Under the pieces are notes generated by a model. That model had not been told where the DNA came from and made no database searches. It was given only the letters and a program-made list of their open reading frames with translations. Of a DNA stretch of 64,000 nucleotides, positions 9,626 through 20,520 are shown piece after piece (the first letter of the stretch is position 1; each line of letters opens with the position of its first letter). The stretch is from Candidatus Portnoybacteria bacterium (GTDB taxonomy: Bacteria > Patescibacteriota > Minisyncoccia > Portnoybacterales > GWB1-42-6), in contig JACQXN010000006.1 in assembly GCA_016208745.1 (NCBI GenBank), forward strand, positions 67 through 64,066. Reading direction: 5' to 3'. The position numbers and the translations under genes are program-made.

Positions 9626-12600
9626 CTATTTTTTCTCTTCCTGTTCCGCCTCTTCTCTCCTATAACCCGTTCCCGCTGGAATTAATTTCCCGATAATCAC
9701 GTTCTCTTTCAAGCCCCGCAAGCGGTCTTTTTTACCAGCAATTGCTGCGCCGATTAAAACGCGGGCTGTTTCTTGAAACGAAGCAGATGAAAGCCAACTT
9801 TCAGTGGTTAAGGAAACTTTACTAATTCCCATCAGTAATTGGTAAGCAGTAGCTGGCTTGCTTTTTTCAGCCTTTACTCTATCGTTTTCCAATAAAAACT
9901 CGCTTTTTTCAACAATATCGCCAGAGGAAAATTGCGTGTCGCCAACATCCTTAATTCTTAAACGGGAAAACATCTGCTTAATAATAATTTCCAGATGCTT
10001 ATCGTTAATTCCTTCGCCCTGCGAGGTATAAATATTTTGCACTTCTCTTAAAATATAACGATGAACCGCCTCCTTGCCAGCTAAACGATAAAGCTCCTTT
10101 AAATCAAGGTGGCCTTCGCATAATTGCTGGCCTTTAGTTACCAAATCACCCTGCTTAACCCAGAGCCCTTGATTAAGCGCCACCGTATAATTTTTTATCT
10201 CTTCTTTGGAGACTGGTTTCTTTTTTGAGCCAGACGCTTTTTCTTTAATTTGGCCGCTGATTTTAACTATGCGCTGATTTTCTTTGTCCTCGATCTCCAC
10301 TACTTGTCCGTCCAATTCAGAGACTAATCCTTTGCCTCTTGGCGGACGACATTCAAAAATTTCTTCAACGCGCGGCAAACCTTGAGTAATATCTCCGCCG
10401 CCAGCTACGCCGCCTGTATGAAAAGTTCTCATAGTTAACTGAGTGCCCGGCTCGCCGATTGCCTGCGCCGTAACAATTCCGACCGCTTCTCCCAGTTTTA
10501 CTAATTGATTATTACCCAAATCATAACCATAACACATCTGGCAAACGCCATGACGCGATTGACAGGTAATAACAGAGCGGACTTTTATTTTTTCTAACCC
10601 CGCCTCATCAATCTTTTTGGCCGTCTGTTTATCAATCAAAGCGCCTTTTTTGGCAATAATCTCATTTCTAACTTTAATATCTTCCAAATTTACCCGGCCA
10701 ATGACTCTTGAGGCTAAAGAATGACCCATGCCAATACCGTCTTCTTTATAAATATAAATTCCTTCTTTGCTATGGCAGTCTGCTTCCCTAATAACAATAT
10801 CCTGCGCCACATCAACCAAGCGCCTCGTTAAATAACCGGCCGAAGAGGTTCTCAAAGCTGTATCAGCTGTTCCTTTTCGGGCGCCGTGAGTGGCAATAAA
10901 GAATTCCAAAACATTAAATCCTTCTTTAAAAGAGCTCTTAATAGGTAGCTCAATAATATCGCCGGCTGGGTTAATCACCAATCCCTTCATACCTGTCATC
11001 TGCGATATCTGCCCCCAAGAACCGCGGGAACCAGAAGCCACCATAGCCATAACAGGACCATTTGGATCAAGGCATTTAACCACTAATTTTGAAATTTTAT
11101 CAATGACGCTAAACCAGGTTTCAATGATTCTAGCCCGTCTTTCTTCGCGGGTTAAAAGCCCTTCCAAATATTGATGGTGGATTGTTTCAACGTCTTTTTC
11201 TGCCTTTTCTATTATCTCTGCTTTTTCAGGCGGGACTATAAGATCATCCATTCCCCAAGAGATCCCTGAACGGGTGGCAAATTCAAACCCGATTTCTTTT
11301 ATTTTATCTAAAATAGCCGCGGCTTTTTTAATTCCGCATTTTTCAATGATTTCGCTGATTAAAGCCAGCAAGGTTTTTTTATCTAATTCCTTGTTGATAA
11401 AAGAAATTTCTTGTGGCAAATACTGATTAACAATTATTCTACCAACGCATGTTTCGGTTAACCCCTTTTTCTCTTCAACGTTTATACTGGAAGATAAGAT
11501 TTTAATTTTTGCCTGCAAATCTATATCATCAAATTCATAAGCCAAAATCGCCTCTTGGGGATTGGCAAAATTTTTATTTTCTCCTTTTTTGCCTTCTTTG
11601 ATTTTAGTCATCCAGAAGCAACCCAAAATCATATCCTGAGTCGGAATAGCAATTGGATCGCCAGTAGCCGGCTTTAATAAATTATTGGCCGAAAGCATAA
11701 TTTTGCCCGCTTCGTTTTGCGCTTCCTGAGTTAAAGGCAAATGAACAGCCATTTGATCGCCATCAAAATCCGCGTTAAAAGCGCGGCAGACAACCGGATG
11801 AATTTGAATAGCGCTACCTTCAATCAAAATCGGTTTGAAAGCCTGGATGCCCAAACGATGAAGGGTCGGAGCGCGATTGAGCAAGACATATCTATCCTGA
11901 ATTACTTCTTCCAAAATTGCCCAAGCCTCATCGGTTTCCTGTTCAATTAAACGGCCGGCGCCTCTGATATTGTGAGCCAATTCTCTTTCCACTAATTTCT
12001 GAATAACAAATGGTTTGAATAATTCCAAAGCCATATGTTTTGGCAAGCCGCATTGATAAAGTTTAAGCTCCGGGCCGACCACAATAACCGAACGGCCTGA
12101 ATAATCAACTCTTTTGCCCAAAAGATTCTGTCTGAATCTTCCTTGTTTGCCTTTTAACATGTCGGCCAGAGATTTAAGCTGGCGCTTCTGGCCCGTGGCC
12201 GCCATAACCGGGCCTTGCCCGCGCCGAGCAGAATTATCAATCAAAGCGTCAACTGCCTCCTGCAACATTCTTTTTTCATTACGGCAAATAACTTCTGGCG
12301 CATTTAATTCTATTAATCTTTTCAAACGATTGTTTCTATTAATAACACGGCGATATAAATCATTTAAATCAGACGTGGCGTAACGGCCGCCGTCTAGCGC
12401 CACCATTGGCCGCAAATCAGGCGGCAAAACCGGCAAAATAGTCACAATCATCCATTCGGGCCTCAGCTTTTCTTTTATCATTCCTTCTATCAAGCTTAAT
12501 CTTTTCATTGCCCGGCGCTTGGCCACATCAGATAATTTATCAATCTGATTTTTAATTTCTTCTTTCAAAACGCCTAAATCAATTTCTGTAAGGATTTTTC

Positions 12601-13279
12601 TCACCGCTTCAGCGCCAATGCCAACCTCAAAAACCTGAGCATATTTCATACTCAATTCAAAATAGTCGTTTTCTGAAAGAATCTGCAATTTATGCAAACC
12701 CCTTAAGTCAGCCACGCCTTTATCCCGCGATTCCTTAATTTTTTGCTTTTCTCCCGGGGTTTGAGCGGTTTTTGTTTTCTGCTTATATTCTTGGTCTATT
12801 TCTTTCAATGTTCTTTCTCTGGAAGCTTCATCAACTTTTGTCACAATGTAGCTCGCAAAATAAATGACTTTTTCCAAATCTTGAACAGACAAATCTAAAA
12901 CTAGTCCTATTCTTGAAGGAACGCCGCGTAGAAACCAAATATGAGAAACCGGGGTAGCTAAACCAATATGCCCCATTCGCTCGCGCCTGACAATTGAACG
13001 AGTTACTTCCACGCCGCATTTATCACAAATGATTCCTTTATATCTTATTCTTTTATATTTTCCGCAATAACATTCCCAGTCTTTTTCCGGACCAAAAATC
13101 CGTTCGCAAAACAGGCCGTCTTTTTCCGGTTTTTGTGTTCTGTAATTTATAGTCTCTGGTTTTAAAACTTCGCCATGCGACCATCTCAAAATCTCTTCGG
13201 GCGAAGCCAAAAACAGCTTTATTGCCTGAAAGTCAGAAACCTTTACGCTCATAAAATTTGGATTGGTCTTGTTGTCCAT
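9626..13279 (-). CDS. rpoC: DNA-directed RNA polymerase subunit beta'
   Basis: NADFDGDQM catalytic motif, zinc-binding Cys clusters, 1217 aa. Confidence 0.97.
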   Translation of the reverse strand: MDNKTNPNFMSVKVSDFQAIKLFLASPEEILRWSHGEVLKPETINYRTQKPEKDGLFCERIFGPEKDWECYCGKYKRIRYKGIICDKCGVEVTRSIVRRERMGHIGLATPVSHIWFLRGVPSRIGLVLDLSVQDLEKVIYFASYIVTKVDEASRERTLKEIDQEYKQKTKTAQTPGEKQKIKESRDKGVADLRGLHKLQILSENDYFELSMKYAQVFEVGIGAEAVRKILTEIDLGVLKEEIKNQIDKLSDVAKRRAMKRLSLIEGMIKEKLRPEWMIVTILPVLPPDLRPMVALDGGRYATSDLNDLYRRVINRNNRLKRLIELNAPEVICRNEKRMLQEAVDALIDNSARRGQGPVMAATGQKRQLKSLADMLKGKQGRFRQNLLGKRVDYSGRSVIVVGPELKLYQCGLPKHMALELFKPFVIQKLVERELAHNIRGAGRLIEQETDEAWAILEEVIQDRYVLLNRAPTLHRLGIQAFKPILIEGSAIQIHPVVCRAFNADFDGDQMAVHLPLTQEAQNEAGKIMLSANNLLKPATGDPIAIPTQDMILGCFWMTKIKEGKKGENKNFANPQEAILAYEFDDIDLQAKIKILSSSINVEEKKGLTETCVGRIIVNQYLPQEISFINKELDKKTLLALISEIIEKCGIKKAAAILDKIKEIGFEFATRSGISWGMDDLIVPPEKAEIIEKAEKDVETIHHQYLEGLLTREERRARIIETWFSVIDKISKLVVKCLDPNGPVMAMVASGSRGSWGQISQMTGMKGLVINPAGDIIELPIKSSFKEGFNVLEFFIATHGARKGTADTALRTSSAGYLTRRLVDVAQDIVIREADCHSKEGIYIYKEDGIGMGHSLASRVIGRVNLEDIKVRNEIIAKKGALIDKQTAKKIDEAGLEKIKVRSVITCQSRHGVCQMCYGYDLGNNQLVKLGEAVGIVTAQAIGEPGTQLTMRTFHTGGVAGGGDITQGLPRVEEIFECRPPRGKGLVSELDGQVVEIEDKENQRIVKISGQIKEKASGSKKKPVSKEEIKNYTVALNQGLWVKQGDLVTKGQQLCEGHLDLKELYRLAGKEAVHRYILREVQNIYTSQGEGINDKHLEIIIKQMFSRLRIKDVGDTQFSSGDIVEKSEFLLENDRVKAEKSKPATAYQLLMGISKVSLTTESWLSSASFQETARVLIGAAIAGKKDRLRGLKENVIIGKLIPAGTGYRREEAEQEEKK

Positions 13280-13482
13280 AACTAATTAAAATAGAGTCAA
13301 TTTAAATTTCTTTATCTTGCATCGAAAAATTTTGTAAGAAAATTGATATGAGCGAGGCGTAAAAAATTGGCGACGGAGGAGTGAAGCGACGAGTTTAGGA
13401 GCTAATTTTTAGATGAGCGAATCCCTGCCTGGCGGCAGACAGGCAATTTTCTCAAAATTTTATACCTGGAAGCAGTTCTTTC

Positions 13483-13512
13483 TGCCACTTTCTTGCTACC
13501 AAGAAAGTGGCA
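13483..13512 (-). promoter_or_regulatory. 13-bp perfect stem hairpin (tgccactttcttg/caagaaagtggca) just after the true rpoB stop, inside an unusually long (~250 bp) rpoB-rpoC spacer
   Basis: Perfect inverted repeat with no T-run; possibly an attenuator or RNase III processing site. Confidence 0.4.
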
Positions 13513-13530
13513 ATAAAATTATATATCTTT

Positions 13531-16500
13531 TTATCCTTTCTCCCCGCCATATCCCTCATTATCTTCTTCTCTTTCTCTTTTGGCGCCGATTAAATCAACG
13601 CCCAAACCAAGAGCTTTTAATTCTGCCACTAAAACATTAAAAGAAGCGGGGATATTTGGCGCTTTAATTGTCTGGCCGCGAATAATCGCGTCAAAAGCCC
13701 GCCAAACTGGGCTTTGCCGCCCAATGGCTGTTGAGTAATTAAAGAATATGGCCCGATAGAACGCATATGGATTTTGTCTTCAACTAGATGATGAAGCTTC
13801 ATCATATAAATATATCCAACCGTCACTTTCTGCTTGAATGGTTCGCCTGTCTGGCTATCAAAAATTGTTACTTTCCCGTCTTCAGGCAAGCCAGCTTTTA
13901 TTAATTGCTCCTTAATTTCTGTTTCTGTCGCGCCATCAAGCGCCGGAGTTATCGCTCTAAATCCTAATTTATGCCCAGCCCAGCCAAGATGTGTTTCAAG
14001 AATCTGCCCAATATTCATACGGGAGGCCACGCCTAAAGGATTTAAAATAATATCAACTGGAGTGCCGTCTTCCAGATAAGGCATTTCTTCAACCGGCAAA
14101 ACCTTAGAAACAACGCCTTTATTGCCGTGACGGCCGGCGAATTTATCGCCGACCATAACTTTTCTTAATTGAGCAACTTCCACCTGAATGGTTTTTATAA
14201 CACCCGCTTTCAATTTGTCTCCTTTTTCTCTTGAAAAAATCTTAATGCCGACAATCCGGCCGCGCTTTCCATGAGGCAGACGCAATGAAGTATCTTTAAC
14301 ATCTCGCGCTTTTTCGCCAAAAATCGCCCTTAATAATCTTTCTTCAGCTGTTAAATCAGCCTCTCCTTTAGGAGAAATTTTGCCAACCAAAATATCGTTG
14401 GGGCCGACTTCAGCGCCGATTCTAACAATCCCTTCTTCGTCTAAATCCTTTAATCGCTCTTCGCCGACATTAGGAATATCGGGCGTCGTGATTTCCGGCC
14501 CAAGCTTAGTTTCTCTAACATCGCAATAAAAATCTTCAATGTGAATTGAGGTAAAACGGTCGTCTCTAACGACTTTTTCAGAAATTACAATTGCGTCTTC
14601 AAAGTTGCTGCCTCGCCAAGGAATAAAAGCCACCAAGAGATTTTGGCCCAAAGCCATATAGCCATTATCCGTGGCTGCGCCGTCGGCAATCGCCTCACCC
14701 TTTTTAATAATTTGGCCCAGCCCAACTAAAGGGTGCTGGTTAATGCAAGAGAATTGGTTAGTCCGCATAAAATTGCGTAGATTATAGCGGACGATTTTCC
14801 GTTTTCCAGTTTTTGAATCCTTGTTATCAGTTTCAATTTCAATGTGGCTAGCATCAACGCCGATAACTTTACCATTTTCCTGAGAAACTAAAATCTGGCC
14901 GGAATCAAGGGCGGCTTTTTTCTCTGTGCCCGTGGCCACCAATGGAGCTTGCGGCACAACACAAGAAACAGCTTGGCGTTGCATGTTTGAGCCCATCAAA
15001 GCACGATTAGCATCGTCGTTTTCCAAAAATGGGATTAAAGAAGTAGCTATAGAAATACATTGTTGAGGAGAAACATCCATAAAATCAATCTTTTCCCGCT
15101 TGGTAATTGAGGCCTGCCCCTTAACCCTGGCTTCAACTCTTGGCTCAGTCAATCGTCCGTCTTTGTCCACCGGCACGCCAGCGTGAGCAATATCGTGTTT
15201 CTGTTCCTGAAAAGCATCTATAAAAACAATCTCATTTGTTACTTTGCCATCTTTGACTCTACGATAGGGAGTTTCTAAAAATCCAAATTCGTTTAATCTG
15301 GCGTATGTTGTCAAATTGCCCACCAGACCAATATTTGGACCTTCAGGAGTTTGAATCGGACAGATTCTGCCATAATAAGTTGAGTGAACATCACGTACTT
15401 CAAAGCCAGCTCTTTCTCTGGTTAAGCCGCCCGGACCCATTGTGGAGAGCCTTCGTTTATGCTCAAGCTCTGCCAATGGATTTATCTGGTCCATAAACTG
15501 CGAAAGCTGGGAAGTGGTAAAAAATTCTTTGACTGCCGCCATAAAGGGGCGGGCATTGATCAATTGAGCAGGCGTTAAAGTAGTGATATCTAAAGTAGTC
15601 ATACGATCCCTGATAATTCTCTCCATTCTATCTAGACCAACCCTCAACTTATTCTGCAAAAGTTCTCCGATATTTCTTAAACGGCGGTTAGCTAAATGAT
15701 CAATATCATCAGGTTGGGCGTCAGAATCATTATTCAATTTGATAATTTCTTTAATTACCGCGACTAGATCCTCTATCCTTAAAATTCTAAGCTCTCTTGT
15801 CGTAGGCGTCTCCAAGCCAAGCCTTTGGTTGAATTTCCAACGGCCGACTTTTGCTAAATCATAGCGTTCAAAGTTAAAAAACATCGCCTCAATCATTTGC
15901 TGGGCATTATCAACGGTTGCCAAATCACCCGGCCTCAATCGTTTATAAACTTCAATAAATCCTTCGCCCTTGTTTTTGGCTTGGTCTTTTTTAATTGTCG
16001 CTTCAATATATTTATTGTCAGGATCTTTATCAACATCCTTGAAAGTTTTCAATAACTCCTCGTCTGTTTCTATGCCAAAAGCCCGAAGCAAAGATGTAAC
16101 GGGCACCTTTCTTTTGCGGTCAATTTTAACGCCAATAGAATTATCTAGATCGGTTTCAAATTCCAGCCACGCTCCGCGATTGGGAATAATTTTTGCTCCA
16201 AAAAGCCTGCGGCCGCGATGCTCCTGCATAGTAAAAAATACCCCAGAAGACCTTATCAACTGGGAAATAATAACCCGCTCGACACCATTAACAATAAACG
16301 TACCGCGGGCTGTCATCAAAGGAAACTCACCAAGATAGATCTCTTGTTCCTTGACCTCGCCGCTATTTTTATTGACCAGACGTACCTTTCCTCTAAGGGG
16401 CGCTTCAAAAGAAGCGTTTTGAGCTTTAGCTGCTACCTCGTCGTACTTTGGCTCATCTAAATAATAATCAACAAAATAAAGTTCAAGCTCTTTGCCAGAC

Positions 16501-16640
16501 CAGTCTCTGACTGGAGAAAATTCTTCAAATAATTCCTTTAAGCCCCGAGACATAAACCAATTATAAGAGTTGAGCTGAAGCTCAATTAAATTTGGCAAAG
16601 GAATGGCTGATGGATGTTTACCGAAAAATTTTTCCTGCAT
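13531..16640 (-). CDS. rpoB: DNA-directed RNA polymerase subunit beta. The reading frame is disrupted near 13698 and the ORF as read stops at 13629. The conserved C-terminus (RAFDAIIRGQTIKAPNIPASFNVL...) continues in another frame to the stop at 13531.
   Basis: N-terminus and core motifs up to GGKAQFGG are intact. About 33 universally conserved residues (QRFGEMEVWALEAYGAA...KSDD) are missing and the frame is shifted. Confidence 0.9.
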
Positions 16641-17051
16641 AAAATGTGGCCTTATAAAATTACGAAAGAGATACGAAAATACAAAAATTTAACTTATCTG
16701 CCCCGCTCTAAAATAAGAAAAGGGGTTTTTGTGCTTTCGTAAAAATTTCGTAATTTCTTAAGGATAAAGGACAAACAAAAATACAACCAAAAGCACCCTT
16801 TTAGGGCTTGGTCTTTTAAAGGGTGAAAATAGAGTTAGCTTTTCAAAATAATAAGAAAAGGCTTAAAAATATGTAATTCCGCTTTTTTGCAAAAGCGGGC
16901 AAAATTCATTAAAAACTATATTATTTCTAGTTTATTACTATATCAAAAATTTGTCAAGTCTTTTGTGTGTCTGACATGATCATGTCAGGAAGTGTTAAGT
17001 CGTGCCAATGGCGTGCGATCGCAACAAGTTGGCACATTTCACACAACAATC

Positions 17052-18140
17052 CTATCTCCTCAACATCAAGCTCTGCACAATCCCCAAAGCAGTAAAATTT
17101 ATTAAAAGTCCGCTGCCGCCGTATGAGACGAAAGGCAAAGAAAGGCCGGTGATTGGCAAAAGGCCCAACGTTACTCCAATATTAATAAACATCTGGGCAA
17201 AAAGCATTAGGCAAACGCCAGCGGAAAAAATTCGAGAAAAATTGTTTTCGCTTTGCAAAGAAATTCTTATCAGCCTGTAAAAAACAATGCCAAACATAGA
17301 AAACAAAAACAGCACACCGACAAATCCCCATTCTTCAGCATAGGCGGCAAAAATAAAATCAGCGTGTTTTTCCGGTAAAAAATCCAAGCGGCCCTGGCTC
17401 CCCTGTCCCAGCCCCCGGCCGAAAAGGCCGCCCGAACCAATAGCAATCTTGGATTGAATTAAATTATAACTTGCGCCGAAAGGATCTCTTTGGGGATTAA
17501 CAAATGTTAAGAATCTTTCTTTTTGATATGGCTTAAAAACACCAAGCCAGGCAACGCTGAATATTATACAGGCGCCGATTAGAACCAGAATCAAATGCCG
17601 TAACTTAATGCCGGCTAAAATTATAAGGCCTACCCAGATAGCAGCCAAAATTAGAACTGAACCAAGATCAGGCTGCAGAAGAATAAGGCCGGCGGGCAAA
17701 AAAACATAAAAGCCGGAAATAATAATATGCCGCATCCGATACATTTCAATGTGCCGCATTGAAAAATATTTCGCCAAAATCAAAATAATAGTCAGCTTTA
17801 TCAGCTCCACCGGCTGAAATCCTAAAATACCGATTCTTATCCAGCTTTGAGTACCTCTGATTGATTTTCCAAATATCAAAAGCCCAAGAAGCAATGCCAA
17901 CCCAGTCAAATATAAAACAATGAGCAAGATGGGGTAATTTTTGAAAATCCTAAAATCAAAAAATGTAAGCGCGATTAATAGCACCAGGCCGGCAGCAACA
18001 AAAATTGCCTGTTTTTCAAAAAAAATAAAACTGGATTTTCCAAAATTGACGCTGTAAAGAGTTATCAAACCCAGAATACACAGAATTATTACCGCGCCAA
18101 TTAAAATCCAGTCAAGTTTTTTTATATGAAGCCAGAAATT
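17052..18140 (-). CDS. rodA: SEDS-family cell-wall polymerase (RodA/FtsW). The N-terminal boundary is uncertain: the track ORF runs to a GTG at 18230 inside a MITE-like repeat.
   Basis: Ten predicted TM helices and a GSGGLFGRGLGQGSQ motif. The 30-aa N-terminal extension is translated from repeat DNA. Confidence 0.8.
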   Translation of the reverse strand, partial: NFWLHIKKLDWILIGAVIILCILGLITLYSVNFGKSSFIFFEKQAIFVAAGLVLLIALTFFDFRIFKNYPILLIVLYLTGLALLLGLLIFGKSIRGTQSWIRIGILGFQPVELIKLTIILILAKYFSMRHIEMYRMRHIIISGFYVFLPAGLILLQPDLGSVLILAAIWVGLIILAGIKLRHLILVLIGACIIFSVAWLGVFKPYQKERFLTFVNPQRDPFGASYNLIQSKIAIGSGGLFGRGLGQGSQGRLDFLPEKHADFIFAAYAEEWGFVGVLFLFSMFGIVFYRLIRISLQSENNFSRIFSAGVCLMLFAQMFINIGVTLGLLPITGLSLPFVSYGGSGLLINFTALGIVQSLMLRR

Positions 18141-18150
18141 CAATTTGTTG

Positions 18151-18245
18151 CTACAGAATACAGATGGCTTACAGATATACAGATAAACTTTCTTTTCACA
18201 GATTAAGCTTCTAAATCTGTATATCTGCACTTATCTGTATTCTGG
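18151..18245. mobile_element. MITE-like element, about 95 bp, with terminal inverted repeats CTACAGAATACAGAT / ATCTGTATTCTG
   Basis: Terminal inverted repeats are shared with the 201-bp copy at 62762-62962. Confidence 0.55.
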
Positions 18246-18256
18246 TAGCTCGAATA

Positions 18257-19081
18257 TTAGAGCCCTCGCTCATCCGGGTTTCCGTGTTTACGCATATAAT
18301 TATCGTCTAAAAACAAATTGGTCTCAACCTGCATATCAAGGGATGGTTTTATATTTTCTAAAAACTGATAAAACCATTTTGCGGAAAAATGACGATTTTC
18401 GCCAGCTGTTAAGGTTCTTATTTCTGTATTTGAAACAGCAATCGCTTTCCCTGCCTGATTAAAAATGACAATATCTACGTAGACTTTATCTAGGTCAAAG
18501 GATGTCCTATTTTCAACCACCCCTGTTGCTTCAGCCAAAAAAGCAGACGCATTATCAATCCTTAAATTTTTATCATTTATATAAAGATCGGGCGACTGAT
18601 AATCCCTTAATTGCTGCCAGGAATTTTTATCAATTTTTTCAATTTCAAGTTTTGCTGAAGCGACTTCTTCGCTGCTGACAATATTATTTTCAATTATATA
18701 TCTGGAGCTATTTGGCAGGATAAAAGATGCGCCTTCTTTACTGATAACTATCTGCCCGTTTTTATCTTTTAAATCAAAGCGGTATTTGAAATAGGGAACA
18801 CCAAAATTTGGATTTGGATTTTTGACTTTTGCCACCAAGTCATAGACTCCCTCTCTTGATTTAATTGCCTGCGTCAAATCTATCTGGATATCCTTTAATG
18901 TTAAAACCTCGCAAGAAATGCATGGCCCGCCGCAATCAATCTCCTGCTCGCCTTGATTCCTTATGCCGTCAAAGCAATTTGGCTGGGGCCTACTAGAAAA
19001 ATAAAAAATCACGCCAACAATAATTAAGCACAAGATGACTATTGAAACGATTGCGATTTGCTTTCGAGAACGATAAAACAT
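18257..19081 (-). CDS. membrane-anchored hypothetical protein
   Basis: N-terminal TM helix followed by a Cys-containing extracytoplasmic region. Confidence 0.55.
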   Translation of the reverse strand: MFYRSRKQIAIVSIVILCLIIVGVIFYFSSRPQPNCFDGIRNQGEQEIDCGGPCISCEVLTLKDIQIDLTQAIKSREGVYDLVAKVKNPNPNFGVPYFKYRFDLKDKNGQIVISKEGASFILPNSSRYIIENNIVSSEEVASAKLEIEKIDKNSWQQLRDYQSPDLYINDKNLRIDNASAFLAEATGVVENRTSFDLDKVYVDIVIFNQAGKAIAVSNTEIRTLTAGENRHFSAKWFYQFLENIKPSLDMQVETNLFLDDNYMRKHGNPDERGL

Positions 19082-19297
19082 TTTTTCTCGCCATTGCTCG
19101 TCATATTATTTATTAATGAATTAATGAATCTTCAATCCGTTAATGAACAATAAATAATACGAGCGTAGGTAAAAAATAAAACGAAAGAAAGCTTAAATTA
19201 ATGAATAATTTATTAGTATTTCAGCTTTTATGTATTATAAACCCGTAAAACAAAAAAGGGAAGCAAGCGTTTCTCGTCAAAACAAAAAACACCTTCA

Positions 19298-19420
19298 GCG
19301 CACTTACGGGGACTACCTACTTTCTCTGGAAAACCAGATATCATCGGCCTTGGCATATTTCACTTCTGTGTTCGGAATGGGAACAGGTGGGACAATGCCA
19401 GTATAATCCCCATAAGTACG
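19298..19420 (-). rRNA. rrf: 5S ribosomal RNA
   Basis: CCACCTGTTCCCATTCCGAACACAGAAGTGAAA core; the 5' and 3' ends pair with each other. Confidence 0.88.
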
Positions 19421-19468
19421 TTTAAGGTGTTTTAAAAAATTAGAGAATTAAAAATAGTTAATGGTTAG

Positions 19469-19560
19469 GGACCCTACTAAATTACTAATCATTACCAATT
19501 TTACGAATATTAAATTTTTATTAGTAATATTAGTAAAAATTAGTAATTTAGTAGGGTCCT
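19469..19560. repeat. 22-bp-arm inverted repeat in the 23S-5S spacer (gggaccctactaaattactaat ... attagtaatttagtagggtccc); probable processing stem
   Basis: Perfect inverted repeat. Confidence 0.5.
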
Positions 19561-20520
19561 GGCAAAAATTTAGACAGATGGATGATTTATTAGTACTCCT
19601 TGGCTTAACGCATTACTGCGCTTACACCTAGAGCCTATCAACCTTGTAATCTTCAAGGAATCTACGATACCTAATCTTGGGGTCTGCTTCGCGCTTATAT
19701 GCTTTCAGCGCTTATCAGATCCATACATAGCTACTCAGCAGTGCACCGGGCGGTGCAGCTGATACACCAGAGGTATGTTCTTCTCGGTCCTCTCGTACTA
19801 GAGAAGACTCCCCTCAAGTATCCACGCCTGCAGCAGATAGAGACCAACCTGTCTCACGACGGTTTGAACCCAGCTCACGTACCTCTTTAATTGGCGAACA
19901 GCCAAACCCTTGGGGCCTTCTTCAGTCCCAGGATGAGATGAGCCGACATCGAGGTGCCGAACAGTATCGTCGATATGGACTCTTGGATACTACCAGCCTG
20001 TTATCCCCGGAGTAGCTTTTAGCCGATGATCTTCCACCTTCCTATGAAGTATGGTCGGTTCACTAAGTTCCGCTTTCGCGACTGCGCGACATGTCCGTCT
20101 TGCAGTAAAGCCAGCTTATGCCTTTACGCGTCAGGGCCGATTTCCATCCGGCCCAAGCTGACCTTGATAAACGCCTCCGTTACTCTTTTGGAGGCTAGCG
20201 CCCCACTAAAACTGCCCACCAGGCACTGTTCCCGTCCCGTTTTGCGAGACAGGTTAGAACAAAGTTTTTTAAAGATGGGTGTTTCATTGGCGGATCCATG
20301 CAGGCCGAAACCTACACTTCAAATCCTACCCACTACGCTACGCATTAAAAAACAAGGCTCAATACCAAGCTGCAGTAAAGCTTCCGGGGTCTTTTCGTCT
20401 AGCTGCAGGTACCCGGCATCTTTACCGGAATTGCATTTTCACCGAGCTCCTCGTTGAGACAGTCCCCAAGTCGTTACGCTTTTCATGCGCGTCAGAACTT
20501 ACCTGACAAGGAATTTCGCT

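Noticed and set aside
13413-13640. Plus-strand 75-aa ORF in the rpoB-rpoC spacer
   Set aside because: It overlaps, on the opposite strand, the out-of-frame true C-terminus of rpoB (13531-13698) and has low-complexity composition; read as a by-product of the rpoB lesion.
6775-16460. Numerous 60-150-aa plus-strand ORFs antisense to ftsK, rpoC and rpoB
   Set aside because: They are antisense to strongly supported long genes, lack ribosome-binding sites and show low-complexity translations typical of spurious ORFs.
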